Source: an uncultured Actinomycetes bacterium (GTDB lineage: Bacteria; Actinomycetota; Thermoleophilia; Gaiellales; Gaiellaceae). Taken from it: a stretch of DNA of 64,000 nt. Position numbers and translations under genes: made by a program. The stretch covers positions 165,184 through 229,183 of the forward strand of contig CAWKEF010000008.1 of assembly GCA_963848665.1 (NCBI GenBank). Reading direction: 5' to 3'. The notes beneath the pieces were generated by a model that had not been told where the DNA came from, made no database searches, and saw only the letters and a list, made by a program, of their open reading frames with translations. Positions 55,988 to 64,000 of the stretch are shown piece by piece; position 1 is the first letter of the stretch; each line of letters starts with the position of its first letter.

Positions 55988-58922
55988 ATGGAGCGCAAGC
56001 TTGCGACGGTCCTTTTCGTCGATCTCGTGTCGTCGACCGAGCTTCTCGCCGACGCCGACCCGGAGGTCGTGCGCCGCCGCGTGAGCCGCTTCTTCGACCA
56101 GGTCTCGCACTGCATCATCACGCACGGCGGGACGGTCGAGAAGTTCGCCGGCGATGCGGTGATGGCCGCCTTCGGCGTGCCACTCGCCCACGAGGACGAT
56201 GCCGAGCGCGCGGTTCGGGCGGCGCTCGCCACCCTCGATCGCGTCCACGAGCTCGGCTTCCAGGCGCGGATCGGCATCGAGTCCGGAGAGGTCGTCGCCG
56301 ACGATGTCGAGTCGACCTTCGCCACAGGCGAGGCGGTCAACCTCGCCTCACGCCTCCAGGCGGCCGCAGGATCGAACGAGATCCTGATCGGCCCGGGAGC
56401 GGCGAGCCTCGTGCGCGGCCGGGTCGAGCTCGAGTCGCTGGGCCCGCTCGAGCTGCGCGGCTGGCGGGAGCCGGTCGCCGCTCACCGTGTCGTGTGCGCG
56501 GTCGAGCTGAGCGAGCCGCTCCGAAGCCTCACAGCACCGCTCGTCGGCCGCGAGTCCGAGCTCGAGCTCCTGGAGAACACGTATGAGCGCACCGTGCGCG
56601 ATCGCCGCGCGGCGCTCTTCACGATCTACGGCGACCCGGGCGTCGGCAAGAGCCGCCTCGCGCGCGAGTTCGTGGCGGGCCTCGAGGGGGCGACGGTGCT
56701 GATCGGCCGCTGCCTGCCCTACGGCGAGGGTGTCACGTACTGGCCGCTCGCGGAGATGGTCAAGGCGTCGTCGGGCATCACCGACGACGACCCGCTCGAC
56801 GAGGCACAGAAGAAGCTGCGCGACTACTGCGAGGACGACGCAGTCGCGGATCTGCTCGGCCTCGCCGTCGGCGTGCTCGAGGCAGTCGAGGGGGAGCGCG
56901 CCCAGCAGGACATCGCCTGGGCGGCCCGCGCGTGGGCCGAGCAGCTCGCCGAGGCGCAGCCCCTCGTCCTCGTGTTCGAAGACGTGCACTGGGGCGAAGA
57001 GCCGTTGCTCGAGCTCCTCGAGCATCTCGCCTCGTGGGTGCGGGAGGCGCCGCTTCTCCTCGTCTGCCTGGCACGGCCCGAGCTGCTCGACGTCCGCCCG
57101 TCCTGGGGTGGGGGGCGCGTCAGGGCGACAACGCTCGAGCTCGAGCCGCTGCAGGCGGAGGAGAGCGCCGAGCTCGTCGAGGCGCTGACGCGAGAGCTCG
57201 AGCTCCCGGTCGACACCCTGGCCGTGCTCGCGAAGACGGAGGGCAACCCCCTCTTCGTCGAGGAGACGATCCGCATGCTCGCGGAACGCCCGCGCAGCGG
57301 CGCGGAACGCATCCCGGACACCCTGCAGGCCCTCATCGCCGCACGCATCGACCGGCTGCCCGCCGGTCCGCGCATCATCCTTCAGCGCTCGTCGGTGATG
57401 GGACGGATCTTCATGCACGGCGCGCTCACGAAGCTGACGCCCGAGCTCACCGACGTCGACGCGGCGCTCGACGAGCTGCTTCTCCGCGATCTCGTGGTGC
57501 GCGAGCCTCGCGCGACGATCAGCGGCGAGCAGGCGTACAAGTTCAAGCATGTGATGATCCGGGAGGTCGCGTATTCCGGCCTGTCGAAATCGTCGCGCGC
57601 CGACCTGCACCACGCGTATGCCGAATGGCTCGGCGAGCGCGCGCACGACGAGGTGCTCGAGATCCGTGCCTTCCACCTCGACCAGGCTGCCCGGCTTCTG
57701 ACGGAGCTCGACGGCGTCGCGCCGGACGACCTGCGTGAGGAGGCGGCACAGGCGCTCACGAAGGCCGGCCACCGTGCGCTCTCGCGCGAGGCCTTCCGCA
57801 GCGCGCGCAAGCTCCTGCTGCGGGCGGTCGAGCTCGCTCCTTCCCTCGATCGCCGGTATCTCGCCGGACGCGCCGCCTGGCGGCTGACCGACTATCCGGC
57901 GGTCGTCGCCGAGATGGGGGAGGTCGCGGCGGACGCCGAGCGCTCGGGCGACACGAAGGTCCAGGGTCGCGCGCTCGCCGCGCTTTCTGAGGCGGTTCTC
58001 TACCACCGCGCCGACGCCGTCACCGCCCGCCGCCATGTCGAGAAGGCGATTGCCGTGCTCGAAGGCGAGCCGCCCGAGATCAGGTTCGAGTCGCTGCGCG
58101 TGGCCGCGCAGGTCGCGCAGTGGCTCGGCGACTACACGGAGTTCGAGCACTGGGAGAAGAAGGCGCTCACTGCCGCGCGCGAGGCCGATCGGAAGGATCT
58201 CGAGGTGATCGCCGTTCGCGGCTTGATCGATGCGAGCGTGATCCGTCTCGAGCTGGCACAGGCTGCGCCGCTTCTGCTGCGTGCGCTCGAGCTCGCCGAG
58301 GAGAGCGGCAGTCTCTTCAGCCGCGCCTCCGCCCTCAGCGTCAAGGGTTGGCTCGAGCTCATAAGCGAGCGCCCCGCCGAAGCCGAGGAGGACTACGCGG
58401 CGGCACGCGCCCTCTACGCCGAGCTCGGCAACTCGACGCGTGAAGCCGCGACGGTGATGATGCTCGGCCGCGCAGCGTTCGCCCAGGGCGAGTTCGACCG
58501 CGCGGAGAAACATCTCGTCGAACTCGGTCCGAATGCTCAAGGGTCTGAACGATCGCGGATCGTTGTGCGAGGCACAGCGCGCGCTCGCGATGGTGCTCGT
58601 GGAACTGGGGCGGATCGACGAAGCCGAGCGTCATGCACTCGAGGCGCGGGAGACGGTCGGCCCGGACGACCGGATGTCGAGCTCGTCGACGAAGCTCGCG
58701 CTCGGGCTCGTCCGCGCTGCGCAGAAGCGCGACGAGGAGGCCGAGGAGCTGCTCCGTGAAGCCGTCGAGGGGTTCGCGATGTACGACCTGCGTGCCTTCG
58801 AGCACTGGTCGCTCCGCCACCTGGCGGAGTTCCTCCGCACCCGCGGGCGCGAGGACGAGGCGGCGGTCTACGAGGAGCGGCGCGCGGCGCTGTCGCCGAG
58901 CAGCAGAGTCCCGATGATCTGA
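55988..58922 (+). pseudogene. class III adenylate/guanylate cyclase - AAA ATPase - TPR regulatory protein (paralogue of 13968-17207), one frameshift near 58.52 kb
   Basis: Cyclase core (LATVLFVDLVSST...GDAVMAAFG), Walker A GDPGVGKS and a long TPR region. The last ~130 aa continue in ORF 58533-58922. Confidence 0.85.
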
Positions 58923-59731
58923 GTCGATGCGTCGTCCGGCGACTCGCTGATCACCGTCGCAGGGCGATCGAAGGACTCGAGCGCGGCGCGAAGAGGCTCG
59001 ACGCGCAGCGTGCCTTCTCCGTAGGGCAAGTGCTTCGTCTCGTTCCGGTTCGCGTACGCGATGTCGCTGAAGTGGATGTGGAACGGCGCGCCGGGCTCGA
59101 TCACCTTGTCCGTCGCCTCGAGCGCAGCCGCGAAGACCTCGACTGCGGTGTAGGCGCCGTCACTCGTCGCGTGCAGATGCGCGAAGTCGAGCACCGGGCG
59201 GACGAAATCGACCTGCGATGCGATCGCCAGCACGTCCTCGAGCGTGCCGAGCTCGCGTACGCGTCCCATCACCTCGATACCGAAGGGGACGAGCCGGTCC
59301 TTGGCCTCGAGCCGGTCGCGCAGGTCGCCGAGCTGGTCGACGACGTCGTGGATCGCCTGCTCACGCTCGCGTCCGAGCAGGAAGCCAGGATGAAAGACGA
59401 TCAGCTCCGCGCCCGCCGCCTTCGCGAGCCCGGCCGTGTGGTCGAGCATGCCGAGCGCCATCTTGAACTTCTTCTCGCGGGCGACGTGCCCCATGAAGGC
59501 GGCGAGGGGCGCGTGGACGGACAGCACGATGTCCTCGGCCCGGAACGCCTCGGCGAGTGCGGGCGCAGCGTCGTAGTCGAGCCAGAAGCCGCCCGCGAAG
59601 CCGATCTCGCAGGCGCGGTAGCCGCGGGCAGCGAGGAGTGCCGCCGACTCCTCGAACGACGGCGCATCCGGCAGTCCAGAGGGCCCGAGGCGGATCTCTC
59701 CCACGGCGGGAGCGTAGTCCGTCCGACGCAC
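58868..59731 (-). CDS. xylose-isomerase-like TIM-barrel protein (sugar phosphate isomerase/epimerase or AP endonuclease 2 family)
   Basis: A 287-aa ORF with blocks Y.A.EI.F, SVHAP, V.HPG and HIHFSD that resemble this fold family. Its 3' end overlaps the convergent cyclase gene by 55 nt. Confidence 0.65.
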   Translation of the reverse strand: MRRTDYAPAVGEIRLGPSGLPDAPSFEESAALLAARGYRACEIGFAGGFWLDYDAAPALAEAFRAEDIVLSVHAPLAAFMGHVAREKKFKMALGMLDHTAGLAKAAGAELIVFHPGFLLGREREQAIHDVVDQLGDLRDRLEAKDRLVPFGIEVMGRVRELGTLEDVLAIASQVDFVRPVLDFAHLHATSDGAYTAVEVFAAALEATDKVIEPGAPFHIHFSDIAYANRNETKHLPYGEGTLRVEPLRAALESFDRPATVISESPDDASTQIIGTLLLGDSAARRSS

Positions 59732-59735
59732 TTTC

Positions 59736-59741
59736 TACGGT
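59736..59741 (+). promoter_or_regulatory. -10-like hexamer TACGGT, 6 nt upstream of ATG 59748
   Basis: Read directly. Confidence 0.35.
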
Positions 59742-59747
59742 TTCTCC

Positions 59748-59987
59748 ATGACCAAGAAGCCTTCCCGGATCGACCTGCTCGAGCTCGACATCGACCTCCG
59801 CCTGACCGATCTCTGGCGCGAGGCCGGCGAGATCTCCGAGTGGAGTCTCGAGGTGGTCGCCGCCTTCATGCGCGCCGCCTACGGCAAGGGCTACTGCGAC
59901 GCGCTCACCGAAGACTCCCCTGGTTCGCTTTGTCACGATCACGGCTACCGCGTGCCCGGTCGCCGCGTGATCGCCGGCGAGCACTAG
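59748..59987 (+). CDS. hypothetical small protein (79 aa)
   Basis: ORF in leaderless-type start context, with no recognisable motif. Confidence 0.4.
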   Translation: MTKKPSRIDLLELDIDLRLTDLWREAGEISEWSLEVVAAFMRAAYGKGYCDALTEDSPGSLCHDHGYRVPGRRVIAGEH

Positions 59988-60009
59988 CGAGCAAGAGCCG
60001 CGCCGGGGG

Positions 60010-60015
60010 TATTCT
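60010..60015 (+). promoter_or_regulatory. -10-like hexamer TATTCT, 7 nt upstream of GTG 60023 (ccmE)
   Basis: Read directly. Confidence 0.4.
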
Positions 60016-60022
60016 TGCGGGC

Positions 60023-60421
60023 GTGAGGCGCAGTCCCGCCCGGCTCGTCATCGCGTTGTCCGTCGCAGCGGCGCTCGCGGTCTTCGTGATCTACACCGCG
60101 GTCGCAGGCGCCGGCACGCCGCAGCTCCAGCCGTCGGACCTCGCGGGCCGGCACGGCGACGTGCTGCTCGTCGGCAAGGTGGTGCGGGCGAGCGGCGACG
60201 CGCACTCGAGCGCCGGCATGCGGTTCGTGCTTCGCAATGTGACGAAGCATCCCCGGGCCCGCGCCAGCGTGGTCTACCACGGCACCGTCCCCGACCTCTT
60301 CGGCGTCGGCCGAGAGGTCGTCGTCACCGGGGCGATGCACAACGGCGTCTTCGTCGCGAGCGACGGCACACTCTCGACGAAGTGCCCGTCGAAGTACGCA
60401 CCGGCCAAGAAGACGACGTAA
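60023..60421 (+). CDS. ccmE: cytochrome c maturation haem chaperone CcmE, CxxxY variant
   Basis: An N-terminal TM anchor, then an OB-fold pattern (V.Y.G.VPDLF..G.EVVV.G) and a C-terminal KCPSKY in place of the canonical HxxxY. Confidence 0.85.
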   Translation: MRRSPARLVIALSVAAALAVFVIYTAVAGAGTPQLQPSDLAGRHGDVLLVGKVVRASGDAHSSAGMRFVLRNVTKHPRARASVVYHGTVPDLFGVGREVVVTGAMHNGVFVASDGTLSTKCPSKYAPAKKTT

Positions 60422-62383
60422 ATGGCGGCGCTCGGTCGGGCGGCGCTCCTCCTCAGCTTCGGACTCCTCGTCTATGCAGTCGTTGCGGGCTCGTTCGCGG
60501 CCTGGCAGCGCCGCCGGCGGCTCGCCGTGTCCGCGCAGAACGCACTGCTCGCATCGTTCGGGACGACCCTCGTCGCCGCGGGCGTGCTCTTTGCAGCGCT
60601 CGCGCGCCACGATTTCTCCTTCGCGTACGTCGCGCAGCACATCAACCGAACGCTGCCGCTCGGCTACAAGCTGTCTGCGTTCTGGGGCGGCCAGGAGGGA
60701 TCGCTTCTGCTGTGGCTCACGATCCTGTCCGGCTACGCCGCGCTCGCCGTCTGGCTCAACCGCCGCAGGCGCGACCTGATCGCGTGGGTCGTGCCGGTGC
60801 TCGCAGCTGTCGCGACGTTCTTCGCCTTCATGCTCTGCTTCGTCTCGAGCCCGTTCGCGACCTCACCCGCGCCGGCAGACGGCGCGGGCATGGTGCCGAG
60901 CCTGCAGAACCCGTACATGCTCGCGCACCCACCGCTCCTCTACCTCGGGTATGTCGGACTGACGATCCCGTTCGCGTTTGCGATGGGCGCGCTGCTCTCG
61001 CGCCGCACCGACGAGCGCTGGATCGTCGCAACGCGGCGCTGGACGCTCTCCGCCTGGATGTTTCTGGGCGTCGGCCAGCTGCTCGGCGCGCACTGGGCCT
61101 ACGTCGAGATCGGCTGGGGCGGCTACTACGCGTGGGATCCCGTGGAGAACGCAGCGCTCATGCCGTGGCTCGCCGCGACGGCCTTCCTGCACTCGGTCAT
61201 GATCCAGGAGAAGCGCGGCATGCTGAAGGTATGGAACATGGTGCTCGTCTCGCTCGCGTTCCTCCTCTCGATCTTCGGCACGTTCCTCACGCGTTCGGGC
61301 GTGATCCAGTCGATTCACTCGTTCTCGCAGAGCCCGCTCGGCGGCTGGTTCCTCGGCTTCATCGTCGTCGCCACGGTCTTCTCGGTCGGGCTCATCTACC
61401 TGCGCCTGCCGCTCCTGCGCGCGAGAACGAAGCTCGAGTCGCTCGTCTCCCGTGAGGCGACGTTCCTCTACAACAACCTGCTGCTCGTCGCGCTCTGCCT
61501 GACGATCCTCTGGGGCGTCGTCTACCCGTTGGTGACGAACGCGGTGCGCGGCGAGACGCGCTCGGTCTCGAAGCCCTACTACGACTTCTTCCTCCACAGC
61601 TTCGGCTTGCCGTTGATTCTCCTCATGGGCATCGGCCCGCTCGTCGCGTGGCGGCGCGCTTCGCTGAAGGCGCTCGGGAAGACGTTTCTGATCCCGCTCG
61701 CGGCGGCGATCGTCACGGGCGGCATCCTCCTCGGCCTCGGGTTCGACTCGTCCTGGCCGGGCCTGCTCGCCTACACGTTCTCCGCCTTCGTCGCCGCGTC
61801 GATCGTGCTCGAGTTCGTGCGCGGGAGCCGCGCCACGGGATCGCTCTTTCGCCTCATCGGCAGAAACCGCCGGCGCTACGGGGGCTACATCGTCCATGCC
61901 GCCGTCCTGCTCCTCGCCATCGGCATCGCAGGCTCGAGCGCGTACCAGACGGTGCGGGAGAAGGGCCTCCGGCCCGGGCAGTCGCTCGAGCTCGCCGGCT
62001 ACACGTTGCGCTACGAGACCCTCGAGACGAAGAAGACGGCGAACGCGGTCGAGACGCGGGCGGTCGTGCTGGCGTCCCGCGGCAACTCCACGATCGGCCG
62101 TCTGCATCCCGGCAAGAACTTCTATCCGATTGCGCCCGGTGGCGCGCAGACCTCGAACGAAGTGTCGATCTATCACGACCCGCGCAACCTCGGGGATCTG
62201 TTCCTGATCGCCGACCAGATCGACAAGAACGGAACCCTTTATCTGAAGGTGCTGGTGAAGCCGCTCGTGAACCTCGTCTGGGCGGCCGGCTTCCTGTTTC
62301 TCTTCGGCGCTCTCGTCGCGCTGTGGCCGGACGCGGTCGAGCAGCGGCGACTCTCCGAGCGCTACGCCGCCGCGCCCGCATGA
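60422..62383 (+). CDS. ccmF: cytochrome c-type biogenesis protein CcmF (haem lyase)
   Basis: WWD motif WGGYYAWDPVENAALMPWL, conserved His residues and about 15 TM segments. Intact 653-aa ORF. Confidence 0.95.
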   Translation: MAALGRAALLLSFGLLVYAVVAGSFAAWQRRRRLAVSAQNALLASFGTTLVAAGVLFAALARHDFSFAYVAQHINRTLPLGYKLSAFWGGQEGSLLLWLTILSGYAALAVWLNRRRRDLIAWVVPVLAAVATFFAFMLCFVSSPFATSPAPADGAGMVPSLQNPYMLAHPPLLYLGYVGLTIPFAFAMGALLSRRTDERWIVATRRWTLSAWMFLGVGQLLGAHWAYVEIGWGGYYAWDPVENAALMPWLAATAFLHSVMIQEKRGMLKVWNMVLVSLAFLLSIFGTFLTRSGVIQSIHSFSQSPLGGWFLGFIVVATVFSVGLIYLRLPLLRARTKLESLVSREATFLYNNLLLVALCLTILWGVVYPLVTNAVRGETRSVSKPYYDFFLHSFGLPLILLMGIGPLVAWRRASLKALGKTFLIPLAAAIVTGGILLGLGFDSSWPGLLAYTFSAFVAASIVLEFVRGSRATGSLFRLIGRNRRRYGGYIVHAAVLLLAIGIAGSSAYQTVREKGLRPGQSLELAGYTLRYETLETKKTANAVETRAVVLASRGNSTIGRLHPGKNFYPIAPGGAQTSNEVSIYHDPRNLGDLFLIADQIDKNGTLYLKVLVKPLVNLVWAAGFLFLFGALVALWPDAVEQRRLSERYAAAPA

Positions 62384-62706
62384 CGCTCGCGCTCGCGCTC
62401 GGCGCCGGGCTCGCGCTCGCCGCCGTCCTCTTCGTCGCGCGGCCGTTCCTGCGCGAGCCGGCTCCGGCGAGCGACCGGTTGGACGAGCCGAGCGAGCTCG
62501 AGCGCAGGAGGCTCGAGCTCGTCGAGGAGCGCGACCGCGCCCTCGCCGCGCTGAAGGAGCTCGAGTTCGACCACCGCACCGGCAAGGTGACCGACGAGGA
62601 CTATCGGCGGCAGATCGGGCCGCTGCGCCGGAGCGCCGCCGCCGCGTTACGCGCGCTCGAGCCGCGGGCAGAGGCGACGCATGAGCGCATCCGCAGTGGC
62701 CGCTGA
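62380..62706 (+). CDS. small TM + coiled-coil protein, possibly a CcmI (CycH) N-terminal-like cytochrome c maturation component
   Basis: ATG 62380 overlaps the ccmF stop (ATGA). A TM helix is followed by LKELEFDHRTGKVTDEDYRRQ, which resembles the CcmI N-terminal module. Confidence 0.45.
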   Translation: MTLALALGAGLALAAVLFVARPFLREPAPASDRLDEPSELERRRLELVEERDRALAALKELEFDHRTGKVTDEDYRRQIGPLRRSAAAALRALEPRAEATHERIRSGR

Positions 62707-63511
62707 GGCCTGCCCCAATTGCGGCGCCGACGTACCGGCGGGCGCGCGGTTCTGCCCCGCGTGCGGCGCGAAGGTCGATTCGGGCTCGACCGTGAGAGCC
62801 GACATTCCCGCGAGCGAGACTGGGCCTGTTCCGGTCTCGATGCAGCGCAGCGACCCGCATTGGTTCGGCGTCGCGCCGCCGCATCTCCTGCTCGGGACTG
62901 CAGCGATCGTCTTCGTCGTCGCGCTCGTGCTCTTTGCGACCGGCCATTGGCCGTATGGGCTCATCCTGCTCGGCGTCGCGTCGCTCCTCGTCGCCGGCTT
63001 TCTCGAGGCGGCGCGGCGGCGGCCCGACTCGAACATGACGCGCGCCACCGTCGATGCGCGTGAGCGAGCACGCTCCTCCTGGGAGACGCTGCGCGTGAGG
63101 CAGCTCGCCGCCGCCGAGGCGCGACGGAGCCAGAACGCGCTCCTCGTGCTCGAATCCGACCGCCGCGCCGCGCTGCAGGAGCTCGGGGCTGCCGCGTATT
63201 CCGGCGATGCCGGAGCCGAGCAGGCAGCCCGCTCGCGACTCGGGGAGATCGAGGCGAATGAGGCCGAGCTTCGCGCTCGGCTCGAGGCCGCCCTGAGCGA
63301 GGCGGACGAGAGGATTCGAAAAGCCCGACTTCCGGTACAGGAGACCGTAATGGTGCTTCCCACCGAACCCACCCCGCCTCCCGGCGAGGCAACGCCCCCG
63401 CAGCCCGCGATCGTGCCGGAGCCGTATCCGCCGCCCGACGAGGCGACGCCGCCGCAGCCGGCCATCGTCCCGGAGCCCACGCCCACGCCTGCGCCACCCA
63501 GAGAAGACTGA
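62681..63511 (+). CDS. zinc-ribbon membrane protein with coiled-coil and Pro-rich repeat tail
   Basis: CPNCG...CPACG at the N-terminus and two TM helices. The C-terminal 18-aa unit containing EATPPQPAIVPEP is repeated twice. Confidence 0.7.
   Translation: MSASAVAAEACPNCGADVPAGARFCPACGAKVDSGSTVRADIPASETGPVPVSMQRSDPHWFGVAPPHLLLGTAAIVFVVALVLFATGHWPYGLILLGVASLLVAGFLEAARRRPDSNMTRATVDARERARSSWETLRVRQLAAAEARRSQNALLVLESDRRAALQELGAAAYSGDAGAEQAARSRLGEIEANEAELRARLEAALSEADERIRKARLPVQETVMVLPTEPTPPPGEATPPQPAIVPEPYPPPDEATPPQPAIVPEPTPTPAPPRED
63386..63478 (+). repeat. two copies (period 54 nt) of a 39-nt unit encoding EATPPQPAIVPEP
   Basis: The copies at 63386-63424 and 63440-63478 differ at 6 positions, all synonymous third-codon positions. 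Confidence 0.8.
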
Positions 63512-63552
63512 TCTGCGCAGGGACGGCCGTGGCGACGGCGAAGCTCTCGTCG

Positions 63553-64000
63553 ATGGCGAAGAGCGCCCTGCTTCTGCTCGCGCTGATGTGCGCAATCGCG
63601 GCGCCGGCCGCCCTCGCCGGTGACAACTACGGCGACCAGAAGGCGGCCGTCGACGCGAAGCTCGGTCAGCTGCACGCGAAGATCGCGCGCGCGCAGGCGA
63701 AGGAATCCCACCTGAGCGCGCAGATCGGGAGCCTGACGACGCAGATCCACTCGCTCGAGCGCAAAGTCGGCGACGTCTCGGCGCAGCTCGCGTCGCTGCA
63801 ATCCGATCTCGCGCTGCATCAGCGGCGGCTCGACAAGCTGAACGAGCTGTACAAGCTGCAGACCATCCGATTCACGTACCTACGGCATGAGTACAAGCTT
63901 GCGCTGAGACGGCTCAATCTGCGACTCGTCGACATCTACAAGGAGAACGAGCCCACGACCGTGGATGTGCTGCTGGCTGCACGCAATTTCAGCGACGTCA
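63553..64000 (+). CDS. 5' part of a secreted coiled-coil protein (N-terminal module typical of PcsB/EnvC/RipA-like cell-wall hydrolases); continues beyond the window
   Basis: The frame is open from GTG 63529 / ATG 63553 to the window end. It has the signal peptide MAKSALLLLALMCAIAAPAALA and then heptad-like LSAQIGSLTTQIHSLERKV...; it is not in the ORF track because it has no stop. Confidence 0.6.
   Translation, partial: MAKSALLLLALMCAIAAPAALAGDNYGDQKAAVDAKLGQLHAKIARAQAKESHLSAQIGSLTTQIHSLERKVGDVSAQLASLQSDLALHQRRLDKLNELYKLQTIRFTYLRHEYKLALRRLNLRLVDIYKENEPTTVDVLLAARNFSDV

Noticed and set aside
60863-63595. 910-aa ORF on the minus strand
   Set aside because: It is antisense to ccmF, the CcmI-like gene and the zinc-ribbon gene, all of which have clear motifs on the plus strand.

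Overview
This is a very G+C-rich, actinobacterium-like chromosomal segment. The six-frame track is full of long spurious antisense ORFs, so calls rest on recognisable motifs, signal peptides, gene coupling and start-site context. I support about 70 genes.

Layout:
- 0-13 kb: a signalling and transport region (GGDEF, two Ser/Thr kinases, two FHA proteins, CPA2 antiporter, oxidoreductase, GH15). Conserved genes here are broken by many frameshifts.
- 13-26 kb: an intact adenylate cyclase-AAA-TPR regulator, a secreted Q/N-rich repeat protein, and a gamma-glutamyl-amine catabolic cluster (permease, GS-like, PuuD-like, ALDH, SDR).
- 26.3-29.5 kb: a tRNA(CAT) followed by an integrase/excisionase/XRE-nucleotidyltransferase island remnant.
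- 29.5-37 kb: housekeeping genes (msrA, pdxS/pdxT, YebC).
- 37.2-43.1 kb: the most unusual locus. On the minus strand, four tandem paralogous 67-69 aa peptide genes are followed by a GC hairpin, then a PqqD/RRE-like domain fused to an M50 (site-2) metalloprotease, a Thr-tailed Cys-containing secreted protein, a lipoprotein and a GT-C glycosyltransferase.
- 43-64 kb: ruvCAB, recJ, relA, an IS200/RAYT-like transposase flanked by 20-bp direct repeats, phosphomannomutase, a second cyclase-AAA-TPR protein, ccmE (CxxxY variant)-ccmF, and a zinc-ribbon protein.

No rRNA and no CRISPR array were seen. Many genes appear leaderless, with a TANNNT hexamer 6-8 nt upstream of the start codon.

All family assignments come from motif recognition by eye; no database search was run. 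Frameshift positions are approximate.
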